A DNA stretch of 64,000 nt from an uncultured Clostridia bacterium (GTDB lineage: Bacteria > Bacillota > Clostridia > Christensenellales > UBA1242). The notes beneath the pieces were generated by a model. The model saw nothing but the letters and a program-made list of their open reading frames with translations. It made no database searches and was not told the origin of the DNA. Where the stretch lies: the NCBI GenBank assembly GCA_944350015.1, contig CALVNW010000005.1:12296-76295 (forward strand), read 5' to 3'. The translations under genes and the position numbers were made by a program. This document shows, piece by piece, positions 26,401 through 37,345 of the stretch (positions are counted from its first letter, which is position 1; every line of letters begins with the position of its first letter).

Positions 26401-26829
26401 AAGGTGCTGACGGCACTTTTAATCGCCGAAAGGCGCGTATTTTAGTTGCCTTCGGCAACCAAAATACCCCTTAGAAACCCTAAAGCTTAGAAAGACCCCA
26501 CATTTTTTGTCTGAAAAACTTTTTCGAAGTACGTCAATTTGCTTGACAAAAAATGCGGGGGGGGTAGAATAGGGTATCCAAAATAAATTTTGGATACCCT
26601 ATTCTATATTTTTAAATGTTTTAACCTTAATTCTCTTTAAAAACAACAAATTAAAAATATTTTAAAATTTGTTATTAAATTTGACGCAATTGTGACGGCA
26701 CGCTTGTGACAAAGGGTAAATTAAAGGTTAGAATAGGGGTGAATAATGCAAAAATCGTCGATTTTTGTATATTACTAGATTATTTTACACAAAGTAATAT
26801 AAAAAATTAAATAAAGGAGTAAGAAAAAA
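26401..26829 (+). repeat. conserved upstream expression cassette, copy 2
   Basis: Aligns with 17301-17922 and 52423-52705. Confidence 0.9.
26543..26570 (+). promoter_or_regulatory. promoter P1 with a G8 tract in the spacer (copy 2)
   Basis: TTGACA (26543-26548), G8 at 26557-26564, TAGAAT (26565-26570). The -10 box is part of a 19-bp perfect palindrome, 26565-26606. Confidence 0.5.
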
Positions 26830-28650
26830 ATGAGTCTAAAGATGAAATTAGTATCAATGATATCTGCGTTTGTGCTTGTAATAGGTATGCTATTAATAGG
26901 TGTATTTGCAGTAGAAAGGGTGCAAGTGGATATGGGTGGAAGCATTACCTTTAACGCAGATGATGTCTATGCTCGTGTTACGGGAAGTGTAGTAAATGCA
27001 CAGGTTGCACCAGAGGGCTTAGATGTAACCTATTCTGCCTATGAGACAACAGGCAACCCTACAGCGTGGGAGAGCCTTGACCTTGAGTTTGATAGTTATG
27101 CCACACCAATAGTGATATCAATCACGGTAGAGAATCTAAGTACAGAGAGGAGCTTAACAGTAAACTTAACAGACGCTCTTACCTCTAGCGTGCCAAACTT
27201 AGGTAAGGCACTACAAAGAGATAGCGGTGCGTATACAAGTGGAACAAATATAACCTTATACCCTAAGGATAATGGTACAAGCACAACAACCTTCACCATA
27301 ACCTTGTCAGTTTCCGACAAAAACCAATCTCTCACCAACGCTCAGTTTGACTATGACCTTAACCTCTATGACGAGAGTGTAGCACCAAAAGAAATTTTAG
27401 AAGGTTTTATATTTGACGATAGTGGCAATTTAACCTCATATACAGGTACAGATAGTGAAGTTACAGTCCCATCCTCATATTCTATGATAGGAGAGCCTAC
27501 AACAAAATCTCTATATTTTGAAACGGTTGATAGCACAGAAGAATATATGATGACATTAATAAACATAACTAATTTTAAGTTAACAACAGACGATGGTGAA
27601 GAATACATATTTGATGACTTCGAAGAAGTGGCTTTGTCTTCAGATTATGTTAACTATTTCCCTTGTACGCTAGAGTATAAAGATTATTCTAATGTTACTT
27701 TCACAACAGGCAGTGACTATCAAGTAGAAGGAGTGGTAGGTGCATTTGCATTTAATCAAACAATTCAAACAGTTAATCTACCTGATTCTATTAAAAATAT
27801 AGGGTTTTATTCTTTTTTTGGTTCTACTTTAAAGGAGATAACCTTGCCATCAAGTTTAACAAGTATATGGGAAGCTGCATTCGATGATTGCGACAATTTA
27901 CAACCATCAATAACTGACCAAGGAGTAAAATATTTAGGTAGTGAGCAAAACCCATATTTGGTATTATGGGATGGAACTGGTATAGAAACATCAACATATA
28001 TAGTCAATGAAAAATGCAAATTTATATATTCAGATGCATTCGAGGCTCACTATTCGCTTAGAACAGTAACAATCCCAGCTAGTGTAACCGAGATAGGAGA
28101 CAATCCTTTTGCAGAATGTAGTAACCTAGAGAGTATAATAGTAGAGGCAGGGAATAGTAGTTACTACGTTGAAGGTAATTGTTTGATAGAGGAATCAACC
28201 AAAACCTTAATAAAAGGATTAAATAATTCCACTATACCTAGTGATATTAAAATAATAGGGGATAAAGCATTCTCTTATTGCGAAAGACTTACAAGTATAA
28301 CTCTGCCAGAAGGTTTAATAAGTATAGGACTCTGGGCATTCCTATATTGCAGAGGACTTACAAGTATAACCTTGCCAGAAGGTTTAACAAGTATAGGGGC
28401 AGGTGCATTCTATTATTGCGACGGGCTTACAAGTATAACCTTGCCAGAAAGTTTAACAAGTATAGGTGGTGGCGCATTCTCCAATTGTAGGAGTTTAACC
28501 TCAGTAACATTTAAAAATACTACGGGATGGCAAGTATCAACTTCGTCATCTATGACAAATCCAATTCTTGTTGATGTGACAAATTCAAGCACTAACGCAA
28601 GTACTTTTAGAGGGGAGTATGGTAATTACTACTGGAAACGCAATGTGTAG
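26830..28650 (+). CDS. BspA-type leucine-rich-repeat surface protein (paralog 2)
   Basis: 606 aa. The first ~245 aa are nearly identical to paralog 1. The C-terminus (...VDVTNSSTNA...YYWKRN) matches paralog 3. Confidence 0.9.
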   Translation: MSLKMKLVSMISAFVLVIGMLLIGVFAVERVQVDMGGSITFNADDVYARVTGSVVNAQVAPEGLDVTYSAYETTGNPTAWESLDLEFDSYATPIVISITVENLSTERSLTVNLTDALTSSVPNLGKALQRDSGAYTSGTNITLYPKDNGTSTTTFTITLSVSDKNQSLTNAQFDYDLNLYDESVAPKEILEGFIFDDSGNLTSYTGTDSEVTVPSSYSMIGEPTTKSLYFETVDSTEEYMMTLINITNFKLTTDDGEEYIFDDFEEVALSSDYVNYFPCTLEYKDYSNVTFTTGSDYQVEGVVGAFAFNQTIQTVNLPDSIKNIGFYSFFGSTLKEITLPSSLTSIWEAAFDDCDNLQPSITDQGVKYLGSEQNPYLVLWDGTGIETSTYIVNEKCKFIYSDAFEAHYSLRTVTIPASVTEIGDNPFAECSNLESIIVEAGNSSYYVEGNCLIEESTKTLIKGLNNSTIPSDIKIIGDKAFSYCERLTSITLPEGLISIGLWAFLYCRGLTSITLPEGLTSIGAGAFYYCDGLTSITLPESLTSIGGGAFSNCRSLTSVTFKNTTGWQVSTSSSMTNPILVDVTNSSTNASTFRGEYGNYYWKRNV

Positions 28651-28728
28651 GCATTGTTTGTAATAGGAAAAGATGAAAATTCCATTTAAAAGCTTGATAT
28701 GCGTTATAAAATTTGATATACTTTTTCT

Positions 28729-29259
28729 ATGAGAGTTACGTCGGGGGAATTTAGAGGTAGGGTGCTGTGCGAAAATAAATATGAGCATATTAGGCCTACT
28801 GCCGATATGGTTAAACAAGCTATATTTAACAAGCTTCAAGATAGAATTGTTGGTGCAAGAGTGCTTGACCTATTTTGTGGCACAGGCGCGCTAGGCATTG
28901 AGGCGGTTAGTCGAGGGGCTGGCAAGGTTATTTTTGTCGATAAAGACTATAGAAGCGTGGAGCTTACAAAAGCAAACCTTAAAAAGCTTGGCATAGTTGC
29001 AAAGGTTGTTAAAGCAAGTTATGAGCAGGCTATAAAAAGCCTTGCAGGGCAGAAGTTTGACATCATTATCTTAGACCCACCATACAAAAGCGGAGTCTAT
29101 GAAGATTGCATCCAAAAACTTTATCAAAATGAACTTCTTGCAGAAGACGGTATCATAGTTTGTGAGCACGACCGCAAAGACCAATTTGATTTTTCGCCAT
29201 TTAATGTTGCTAGTGAAAAGAGATATGGCATAAAGATGGTGACATATTTAGAACTATGA
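28729..29259 (+). CDS. rsmD: 16S rRNA (guanine966-N2)-methyltransferase RsmD
   Basis: 176 aa. MRVTSGEFRGR start, SAM-binding DLFCGTGALGIEA, and the DPPY motif. Confidence 0.85.
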   Translation: MRVTSGEFRGRVLCENKYEHIRPTADMVKQAIFNKLQDRIVGARVLDLFCGTGALGIEAVSRGAGKVIFVDKDYRSVELTKANLKKLGIVAKVVKASYEQAIKSLAGQKFDIIILDPPYKSGVYEDCIQKLYQNELLAEDGIIVCEHDRKDQFDFSPFNVASEKRYGIKMVTYLEL

Positions 29260-29295
29260 AAATTATTTAATTTAAGTTTTTTATCATTATTATTG

Positions 29296-29324
29296 AAAAA
29301 AGCCAATCAAACGATTGGTTTTTT
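29296..29324. terminator. bidirectional terminator
   Basis: aaaaaagccaatc-aaac-gattggtttttt. Confidence 0.65.
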
Positions 29325-29397
29325 GCGTTTATCTTATTTATTAATTTACGCTATATAGTGAAGTTTGTTAATATGGCGAAAAATTATTATAAAATTG

Positions 29398-30135
29398 TTA
29401 TATTTTAGGCTCAAAGTTTTCAAAGATTACATTGTCGCAATATTTTACGACTTTAAGGTATTCGCTTTGGCTTGTAACTGTCCAAACAAGCAGTGGAAGA
29501 GACTTAAATTTTCTTACAAATCTATTTGGCACGCGCTTTGCTTTATAGCTTATAAAGTCAGGTTTTGAAATCTTTTTATTGAGCATCATACGCTTTAGTG
29601 CGTATTTTTTTATAAATGAAAGCTTTTCACCTCTAAAGAAACCGGCAAGTTGACCTCTTAGTATATTAGGTGCGTGCTTATAGAAATATTCAAGCACATA
29701 AGGGTTAAAAGATTGCACAGCGTATTGACCTTTGTAGTCTTTAAGAAGGTCTATGACCTTTTTCTCAAGTTCGCCAACTTTGCCTTGATTTTTAATTTCA
29801 ATCAAAAGTGGAACTCTGCCATCAACGAACTTTAATGTCTCTTCAAAGGTTGGTATTTTTTCTTTGCTATCTTTAAGCTCAAGCATATCAAGGTCTGACT
29901 TATTCAAAAATTTGATATAGCCGTCATTATTAGTCAGTCTTGATAAACTCTCATCGTGAAAAACAACGACAGTGCCGTCGGCGATAAGCTGGACGTCAAG
30001 TTCAATAGGGTAGCCTTCATCAATTGCCCTTTCAAAAGCAGATAGTGAGTTTTCGGGATGTTGTTTATCGTGAAGCCCTCTGTGAGCAATAGGAGTTTCG
30101 ACCAGCCAAGAATTAAATATATCGTCCATAAGCAC
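29398..30135 (-). CDS. glycerophosphodiester phosphodiesterase family protein
   Basis: 245 aa. HRG...ENS...AF...ELDV signature of GDPD enzymes. Confidence 0.85.
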   Translation of the reverse strand: MLMDDIFNSWLVETPIAHRGLHDKQHPENSLSAFERAIDEGYPIELDVQLIADGTVVVFHDESLSRLTNNDGYIKFLNKSDLDMLELKDSKEKIPTFEETLKFVDGRVPLLIEIKNQGKVGELEKKVIDLLKDYKGQYAVQSFNPYVLEYFYKHAPNILRGQLAGFFRGEKLSFIKKYALKRMMLNKKISKPDFISYKAKRVPNRFVRKFKSLPLLVWTVTSQSEYLKVVKYCDNVIFENFEPKI

Positions 30136-30327
30136 CGCCTTTTATCAATTTATTTTATGCAAAAATAGCAAAATTTACGACAAAAAATAACAATATTTTT
30201 AAATATAAAACTCTATTTATACGTAATTATAACATAACTATCTAAAAAATCAAAACAAAAACAAAACTAAAAATAATAATTCGAACAAATAATTGATTTA
30301 TTTGCAGTTTTTGTATATAATTTTAGA

Positions 30328-32136
30328 ATGGATAGAATTAAGAAGATAAGAAATTTTTGTATAGTTGCACATATTGACCACGGTAAATCTACGCTTGCAG
30401 ACCGCCTTATTGAAAAGACGGGCACACTTGCCAAACGTGATATGCAAGACCAGCTTTTAGACAGTATGGAGCTTGAGCGTGAAAAGGGTATAACAATTAA
30501 GCTTACGCCAACGCGTATGAATTACACCTACGAAGGTGAGGAATATGAACTTAACCTCATCGACACACCAGGGCACGTAGACTTTACATACGAGGTTTCG
30601 CGTTCACTTGTCGCCTGCGAGGGTGCGATACTTATTGTTGATGCATCACAAGGTGTGGAGGCGCAAACGCTTGCCAATGCCTATCTCGCCATAGATAACA
30701 ACTTAGAGATACTGCCTGTTATTAATAAGATTGACCTTCCTAGCGCAAGACCAGAAGAAGTTAAAAAGGAAATTGAGGATATTGTTGGCATCCCAGCAAT
30801 GCATGCGCCTTGTATCTCGGCAAAGGACGGAACAAATATAGACGAAGTGCTACAGATGATAGTCAAGGAGTTTCCTTGCCCGAAAGGTGATGAAAACGGC
30901 AAACTCAAGAGCCTTATTTTTGATAGCTATTATGATAATTTTAAGGGTGCAATATGCCTTATTCGTGTCTTTGATGGAAAGGTCAAAGTTGGCGATAAGA
31001 TAAAGATGATGCAAACAGGCAAAGTCTTTGATGTTACAGAGGTTGGCATCTTTGTGCCATATGCAAAACAGACAGGACAGCTTCTTGCTGGCGATGTTGG
31101 CTATCTTGCAGGCTCAATTAAAAATATCAGCGATATTGAGGTTGGCGACACGATTACAAATTTTTATGACCCAATCGACACGCCACTGCCTGGCTATAAA
31201 AAGGTGCAACCTGTTGTTTTTTGTGGTATATTTCCAGTCGACGGGGCAAAGTATAACGAGCTTAAGGACTCACTTGAAAAACTAAAGCTCAATGACGCCT
31301 CACTAGAATATCAGCCCGAGGTATCACAGGCGCTAGGCTTTGGTTTTCGCTGTGGCTTTTTAGGACTGCTTCATCTTGAAATCATAACCGAAAGGCTTGA
31401 GAGAGAGTTTAACCTTGATATTATCACGACAGCGCCAAGCGTCTACTATCGCGTTCACAAGACAAACGGACAGATGATAGAAATCTCCAACCCTTCGTCA
31501 CTTCCAAGCCCGGTAGAGATTGACTATATAGAGGAGCCTATAGTCAAGGCGTATATATACGCTCCGCCTGAATATGTTGGCGCCATTATGGAACTTTGCC
31601 AAGAAAAGCGCGGTATTTATAAAGATTTGACTTACATTGATACAAATAGGGTTAGACTTTATTACATCTTGCCACTTGGCGAAATTATATATGACTTTTT
31701 CGACAGCTTAAAGTCTCGTACTAAGGGCTATGCATCACTTGATTATGAGATAGCGGGCTTTGAGAAGAGTGACCTTGTGCGCGTTGATATCCTTCTAAAT
31801 GGCGAGAAATGTGACGCACTTTCAATAATAGTTCATAAGGACAAGGCATATTCAAGAGGGAGAGCGCTAACTGAAAAGTTAAAAAAGATTATACCAAGAC
31901 AGCTTTTCGAAGTGCCAATTCAAGCGGCTATAGGCAGTAAAATAATTGCACGTGAAACTGTTTCGGCAATGCGCAAGGATGTGCTTGCAAAGTGCTACGG
32001 CGGTGACATAACAAGAAAACGCAAGCTTCTTGAAAAGCAAAAAGAAGGCAAGAAGAGGATGAGAAAAATTGGCTCAGTTGAGATACCATCTGAGGCATTT
32101 ATGTCAATATTAAAACTTGATGACGAAGACAAGTAG
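30328..32136 (+). CDS. lepA: translation elongation factor 4 (LepA)
   Basis: 602 aa. GTPase motifs [18 protein letters not shown]. LepA-specific C-terminal domain. Confidence 0.97.
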   Translation: MDRIKKIRNFCIVAHIDHGKSTLADRLIEKTGTLAKRDMQDQLLDSMELEREKGITIKLTPTRMNYTYEGEEYELNLIDTPGHVDFTYEVSRSLVACEGAILIVDASQGVEAQTLANAYLAIDNNLEILPVINKIDLPSARPEEVKKEIEDIVGIPAMHAPCISAKDGTNIDEVLQMIVKEFPCPKGDENGKLKSLIFDSYYDNFKGAICLIRVFDGKVKVGDKIKMMQTGKVFDVTEVGIFVPYAKQTGQLLAGDVGYLAGSIKNISDIEVGDTITNFYDPIDTPLPGYKKVQPVVFCGIFPVDGAKYNELKDSLEKLKLNDASLEYQPEVSQALGFGFRCGFLGLLHLEIITERLEREFNLDIITTAPSVYYRVHKTNGQMIEISNPSSLPSPVEIDYIEEPIVKAYIYAPPEYVGAIMELCQEKRGIYKDLTYIDTNRVRLYYILPLGEIIYDFFDSLKSRTKGYASLDYEIAGFEKSDLVRVDILLNGEKCDALSIIVHKDKAYSRGRALTEKLKKIIPRQLFEVPIQAAIGSKIIARETVSAMRKDVLAKCYGGDITRKRKLLEKQKEGKKRMRKIGSVEIPSEAFMSILKLDDEDK

Positions 32137-32201
32137 TCGATAAATATAAATAAAAATTAGAAAAAGTCTTTCAAATCAAAAAGGGGACAAAAGGAATAAT
32201 T

Positions 32202-33359
32202 ATGAACGGAATATATATTCACTTTCCATTTTGCGAAAAAAGGTGCACATATTGCGCCTTTTCTTCTTTTTGTAACTTGCAAGAAAAGGATAGATACATC
32301 GATAAACTTTTAGAGGAAATTGATGAATTTAACACAAAAAACCTAAAAATTAACGAAAATTTGCCTATTTTTCATAAAAATAATGATAATTTTGATAAAA
32401 ATAATATTTTGAATATTGATAGTATTTATATAGGTGGCGGTACTCCCAGCTTGCTTGAGATAAAAGATTTAGAGAAAATATTTGCCTCTTTAAACAAAAA
32501 ATTTAAGGTTGCACGTGACAGCGAAATAACAATAGAGAGTAATCCGAATTCGCTAACCGTAGAAAAGCTTGCTTATTATAATAATCTTGGCATAAATAGA
32601 CTATCGCTCGGAGTGCAATCACTAGATGATGAAAAACTGAAGTTTTTAGGTAGGCTTCATAGCTCCTCGCAGGCACTAGAGGCAATAAGGCTTGCAAAAA
32701 AATATTTTGACAATATTAGCGTGGATATGCTCATAGGCATTAAAGGGCAAGAAGAGCAAGCTTTTATAGATGAACTAGATAGGCTAATTGAAGAAGGGGT
32801 AAATCACATCTCTACATATATGTTACAGGTTGAAGAGGGGACCGAACTTGCAAGACAATATCAAAAAAATCCTTTTTTACTTCCTGACGAAGATGAAACA
32901 GTCAAAATTTATGAAAAAACGCGTGAATTTCTAATAAATAGAGGGTTTATTCAATATGAAATATCAAATTTTGCGCAAAAAAATAAAGAAAGTAGACATA
33001 ATATAAAATATTGGACGGGCGAGAATTATGTAGGCTTTGGTCTGTCCGCACATTCATATATTTATGGTTTTCGCTCTGCTAATGCAAATAATTTTAGTGA
33101 TTATTATAGTGGTAAAAAAGTGCTATATGAAAAACTTGATAAAGGGCAACTTATTGAAGAGGCTGTTATGTTGGGGCTAAGGTGTTACTGCGGGGTTGAT
33201 ATTACATATTTGAAAAAACTTGGCTATGATATAGAAAAAAACGAGAATTTTTCTTATTTTTGCGATAAAAACATTATAAAAAAAGAAAATAACAGAGTTT
33301 TCTTAAATCCAAAGTATTATGGCGTAAGCAATTATATTATAGTAAAACTGCTCGGATGA
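32202..33359 (+). CDS. hemW: radical SAM heme chaperone HemW (HemN-like)
   Basis: 385 aa. CxxxCxxC cluster CEKRCTYCAF. HemN-like C-terminal domain. Confidence 0.88.
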   Translation: MNGIYIHFPFCEKRCTYCAFSSFCNLQEKDRYIDKLLEEIDEFNTKNLKINENLPIFHKNNDNFDKNNILNIDSIYIGGGTPSLLEIKDLEKIFASLNKKFKVARDSEITIESNPNSLTVEKLAYYNNLGINRLSLGVQSLDDEKLKFLGRLHSSSQALEAIRLAKKYFDNISVDMLIGIKGQEEQAFIDELDRLIEEGVNHISTYMLQVEEGTELARQYQKNPFLLPDEDETVKIYEKTREFLINRGFIQYEISNFAQKNKESRHNIKYWTGENYVGFGLSAHSYIYGFRSANANNFSDYYSGKKVLYEKLDKGQLIEEAVMLGLRCYCGVDITYLKKLGYDIEKNENFSYFCDKNIIKKENNRVFLNPKYYGVSNYIIVKLLG

Positions 33360-33432
33360 TATTAAATTTTAATAATTATTGACAAATTATGATAAATGTA
33401 TTATTATAATAAAAAGTTTGTTTGGAGGATGA

Positions 33433-35499
33433 ATGGAAGACAATAATTTAAACGGACAGCCACCTATTAGCGATGAAGAGTATGTCTATGATAAAGAGGG
33501 GATAGACAGAGTTATTGCTCAATTTAAAAATGATAATGGGAAGAAAGATAAGAAAAAAGATAAAGGAAATAACAATTATGATTATAATGAAGGCAAGGAA
33601 AGAAAGTTTAGTTTAAAAAGCTTTTTGATTGCATTTTTTATCATCATTGTACTTGCAGTTGCAGGCTTTTGTATATATTATTTTGCCTTTAGAGAAGAGG
33701 ATGAGGCGCCTTCTAATGTGCTAAGCAACAATGAGGTGCTTGGCACTGTTAGAGTGCTAGAATCAGAGGGCAGTGGGAACAAAGTGGCAACGGCAATTCC
33801 AAACGGCGTAAGTCAGTTTATCGGCTGGGCAAAAGATAGTATGTATGATACGACTATTATATCGCAGGATTTAAACTTGACGATTGACCTTGATGATGAT
33901 TCTACGTACTATGCAATCTTTAATATGGAAATTGATCCTTCTTTTACTTACAAAGGCATAGAGTATCGTCTTTATGAGGACGCTAAGAGGGCTGTAGTTA
34001 TAGGAAGTGATACATTGACCAATCCAATATTAGATGTGCCAAGAGTGCTATCTTTGTCGGATGGAAATTATCAGGTCTATATGATAGAGAGCGGTGCCTT
34101 TAGTGACTGTAATAATGTTGAACAACTGCGAATCTCACGTGATGTAATAAAGATTGAAGAAGGTGCATTTAATCGCTGGAGTAACTTAAACAGTATTGTA
34201 ATTGACCCGCAAAATCTTTACTATACTAGCCCTGAGAATCAATTTATTATAGAAAACGAGACTAACAAACTGATTTTGGGCTTGAATGGCAATATTCCAG
34301 AAGGTGTTTTGTCTTATGCAACTGATGCTCTTAAAAATGCAAATATAACAGAAATTACAATACCTGAAAATATAACTGAAATACCCGATAGACTATTTTA
34401 TCAAAACAGTTCTTTAAAAAGGGTGGTTTTGCCTTCCACTGTTAAATCTATTGGACTTGCATCATTTGCTTATTGTAATCTAGAAGAAGTTGTATTAAGC
34501 GAAAATCTAGAAACTATAGGAAGACATGCGTTTGCCTTTACAAATATTACAAGTATAACTATACCATCTTCTGTTAAGGTTATCGATGAGCAGGCATTTT
34601 GGGGGAGTGAGCTTGCGTCAGTAAGTTTTGCTCAAAACTCAATGCTTGAAATTATTGGATACAAAGCCTTTGCCGAAACAGAACTTTCTTCTATCACTAT
34701 TCCTAATAGCGTTATACAGTTAGGTGATAATGTGTTTGATAGTAGCGACCTTTTAAAAGAGGTAATATTTGAAAATAATAGCCAAATTCAAAACATAGAT
34801 AGGCAATTTGCAAATGTAGCTAATATTGAAAGCATAGATTTTGGTGATAACAACTCATTGTTAACAATTGCAGACTATGCATTTGCTGACTATGGAAGCC
34901 TTACAAATGTCGATTTTGGTCAAAACAGCAGTTTGTATAGTCTTGGAGAGGAGTGCTTCAGAGGTTGTGGCATTACAAGCATTGTTTTGCCAGCCACTCT
35001 TGCCGAGGTTGGAACTAACACCTTCCTTAATTGCAATGCTTTAACTGCAATTACTTTTGAAGATGGAAGCAGGCTTGACACAGTTACAATCGGTATGTTT
35101 TCATATATCACCTCACTTCAATCAATCGACTTTGGTGACAATAGCAGTGTAACCAAAATTAGAGAGTCAGCGTTTGAAGGGCTTAGCAACTTGCTAGAGG
35201 TTGACTTTGGGCAAAACAGCATATTAAGTAACATCTATGAAAGCGCATTCAGCGGAACATCAATAACAAGCATAACAATTCCTGCAAGCGTTGGCTATAT
35301 TGGTCAAAGCGCATTTGATTGTGATTATCTTGTATATGCAACCTTTGAAAGTGAAAAAGGTTATGATATTTATCAAAGAGTTGATGAAGAGCTAGTCAAA
35401 GCAACGACGATTGAGTCATCTTCTTTTGCAGACACCTCTGCTATGGCAAACAACTTGAAAAACAACTATTGTAACTACGTTTGGATGATTGCTTCATAA
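33433..35499 (+). CDS. BspA-type leucine-rich-repeat protein with an N-terminal membrane anchor (paralog 4, divergent)
   Basis: 688 aa with a TM helix near residues 60-85. Many LRR_5-like repeats (ITSITIPxSVxxIxxxAF). Confidence 0.85.
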   Translation: MEDNNLNGQPPISDEEYVYDKEGIDRVIAQFKNDNGKKDKKKDKGNNNYDYNEGKERKFSLKSFLIAFFIIIVLAVAGFCIYYFAFREEDEAPSNVLSNNEVLGTVRVLESEGSGNKVATAIPNGVSQFIGWAKDSMYDTTIISQDLNLTIDLDDDSTYYAIFNMEIDPSFTYKGIEYRLYEDAKRAVVIGSDTLTNPILDVPRVLSLSDGNYQVYMIESGAFSDCNNVEQLRISRDVIKIEEGAFNRWSNLNSIVIDPQNLYYTSPENQFIIENETNKLILGLNGNIPEGVLSYATDALKNANITEITIPENITEIPDRLFYQNSSLKRVVLPSTVKSIGLASFAYCNLEEVVLSENLETIGRHAFAFTNITSITIPSSVKVIDEQAFWGSELASVSFAQNSMLEIIGYKAFAETELSSITIPNSVIQLGDNVFDSSDLLKEVIFENNSQIQNIDRQFANVANIESIDFGDNNSLLTIADYAFADYGSLTNVDFGQNSSLYSLGEECFRGCGITSIVLPATLAEVGTNTFLNCNALTAITFEDGSRLDTVTIGMFSYITSLQSIDFGDNSSVTKIRESAFEGLSNLLEVDFGQNSILSNIYESAFSGTSITSITIPASVGYIGQSAFDCDYLVYATFESEKGYDIYQRVDEELVKATTIESSSFADTSAMANNLKNNYCNYVWMIAS

Positions 35500-35689
35500 T
35501 AAAGTTGAAAAAATTAAAAAAGGATGCAAGCGTTAAAAACACCTTTTTGTGTGTCTAACTAAAAGGGTATAAAATTTGTTTGCCTCCTTTTTTTGTTAAT
35601 TTTTATTAAATTATTAAAAAACACTTGATTTGTTTTTAAGTTTGTGTTATACTCACAGCGTAAAGCATTTTTGCTTTACAAGGATAGTT

Positions 35690-35983
35690 ATGAAAGTTGA
35701 AGAAAATTTGAAATTTTGCAAACTCTTTGATATCTATGGCAAACTTTTAAGCAGTGGGCAACAAGAGATTATGTCATATTATTTGAATGATGATTTGACA
35801 ATCAGCGAAATTGCCGAAAACTTAAAGGTCTCGCGTCAGGCGGTAATGGACAGCATTACCAAGGCAGAGAAGAAACTTAATCTTCTTGAAAATAAGCTGA
35901 CTTTGCTTGCAAGGATAGAGGGCTACGAAAAGACAATAGAAGATTTGCAAAAACAACTTTTAAAAGAGCATAAGGAGGATTGA
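35690..35983 (+). CDS. ylxM: YlxM/UPF0122 putative DNA-binding protein (SRP operon)
   Basis: Start moved to the ATG at 35690 (MKVEENLKF...). HTH TISEIAENLKVSRQAV. Overlaps the ffh start. Confidence 0.8.
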   Translation: MKVEENLKFCKLFDIYGKLLSSGQQEIMSYYLNDDLTISEIAENLKVSRQAVMDSITKAEKKLNLLENKLTLLARIEGYEKTIEDLQKQLLKEHKED

Positions 35984-37293
35984 TGGCACTTTTCTCATCG
36001 TTATCTGATAGATTTAACCATATTTTTTCAAAGTTAAAAAATAGAGGAAGGCTTACAGAGCTTGAAATAAAAGAGGCTATGCGTGAAGTGCGAATAGCGC
36101 TATTAGAGGCCGATGTAAACTATATGGTTGCAAAGGACTTTGTAAAAAATGTCTCAGAAAAAGCGGTTGGCGACGAGGTGCTTAAGAGTTTGACTCCTGC
36201 TCAGCAGGTTATCAAGATTGTCAGAGATGAACTTACAAGTTTGATGTCCTCAAACAATCAAAAACTTTCAGTTTCACCAAATCCGCCAACAATCATTATG
36301 ATGTGCGGTCTTCAAGGTGCGGGCAAAACTACAATGTGTGCAAAACTTGGCGCATATTTAAAGAAATCGGGCAAGCGCCCACTGCTTGTGGCTTGTGACA
36401 TCTATAGACCAGCAGCCATAAACCAGCTTCAAGTTGTAGGAAAGCAGGCGAATGTTGAAGTATTTGAAAGGGGAACGCAAAACCCAGTCAAGACTGCAAA
36501 GCAAGCGGTTGAGCACGCGATAAAGCAAGGTCTTGATACGGTCATTATCGATACAGCAGGGCGACTTCATATAAATGAAGAGCTGATGGACGAACTTAAA
36601 AATATAAAGAAAGAGGTGAGTCCAACAGAAATACTTTTAGTTGTCGATGCTATGACTGGCCAGGATGCAGTAACCGTTGCAGACGCTTTTAATAAGGACC
36701 TTGACATTACCGGTGTTATTCTTACCAAACTTGATGGTGACACGCGTGGTGGTGCAGCACTTTCAATAAAGGCAATCACGGGCAAACCTATTAAGTTTAC
36801 AGGTGTAGGCGAAAAGATAGGTGATATTGAGCCTTTCTATCCAGACAGAATTGCCAGCCGAATACTTGGAATGGGAGACGTGTTATCACTTATTGAAAAG
36901 GCACAAGAGGCAGTAACCGAAGAAGAGGCAAAAGAGCTTGAAAAGAAGTTTAGAGAAAACTCATTTACCTTTGATGACTACCTTCAACAGATTGATAGCG
37001 TAAAAAAGATGGGCAATATTAAGGATTTGCTTGCTATGATACCAGGGCTTGGTGGAAAAGTTAAAAATCTTGATATTGATGAAAGACAGATGGTTGTCAA
37101 TAAGGCGATTATTCAGTCTATGACACCACAGGAGCGCCGAAATCCTGATATTATCAAGGCAAGCAGGCGCCAGAGAATTGCTAAAGGAAGTGGAACAAGC
37201 GTTCAGCAAGTAAATCAACTTATAAAGCAGTTTGAACAGTCAAAAGAGCTTATGAAACAAATGAAAAGCGGAAAATTTAAAAAGATGTTTTAA
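35980..37293 (+). CDS. ffh: signal recognition particle protein Ffh
   Basis: 437 aa. GLQGAGKTT, DTAGR, TKLDG motifs. Met-rich M domain. Confidence 0.97.
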   Translation: MMALFSSLSDRFNHIFSKLKNRGRLTELEIKEAMREVRIALLEADVNYMVAKDFVKNVSEKAVGDEVLKSLTPAQQVIKIVRDELTSLMSSNNQKLSVSPNPPTIIMMCGLQGAGKTTMCAKLGAYLKKSGKRPLLVACDIYRPAAINQLQVVGKQANVEVFERGTQNPVKTAKQAVEHAIKQGLDTVIIDTAGRLHINEELMDELKNIKKEVSPTEILLVVDAMTGQDAVTVADAFNKDLDITGVILTKLDGDTRGGAALSIKAITGKPIKFTGVGEKIGDIEPFYPDRIASRILGMGDVLSLIEKAQEAVTEEEAKELEKKFRENSFTFDDYLQQIDSVKKMGNIKDLLAMIPGLGGKVKNLDIDERQMVVNKAIIQSMTPQERRNPDIIKASRRQRIAKGSGTSVQQVNQLIKQFEQSKELMKQMKSGKFKKMF

Positions 37294-37345
37294 GCTATAT
37301 CCCGCCAAAAAGGCGTAAAGATATAAATATTTAAAGGAGGAAAAA

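Noticed and set aside
28278-28490. 70-aa ORF (also 53599-53784) with repeated YKYN.ARRFNKYR
   Set aside because: It is an alternative-frame reading of the nucleotide repeats that encode the LRR units of the real surface-protein genes.
17923-28650. Diversity-generating retroelement as the source of LRR gene variation
   Set aside because: There is no reverse transcriptase gene and no template/variable repeat pair with adenine-specific differences in the window. The variation is block-wise (recombination-like).
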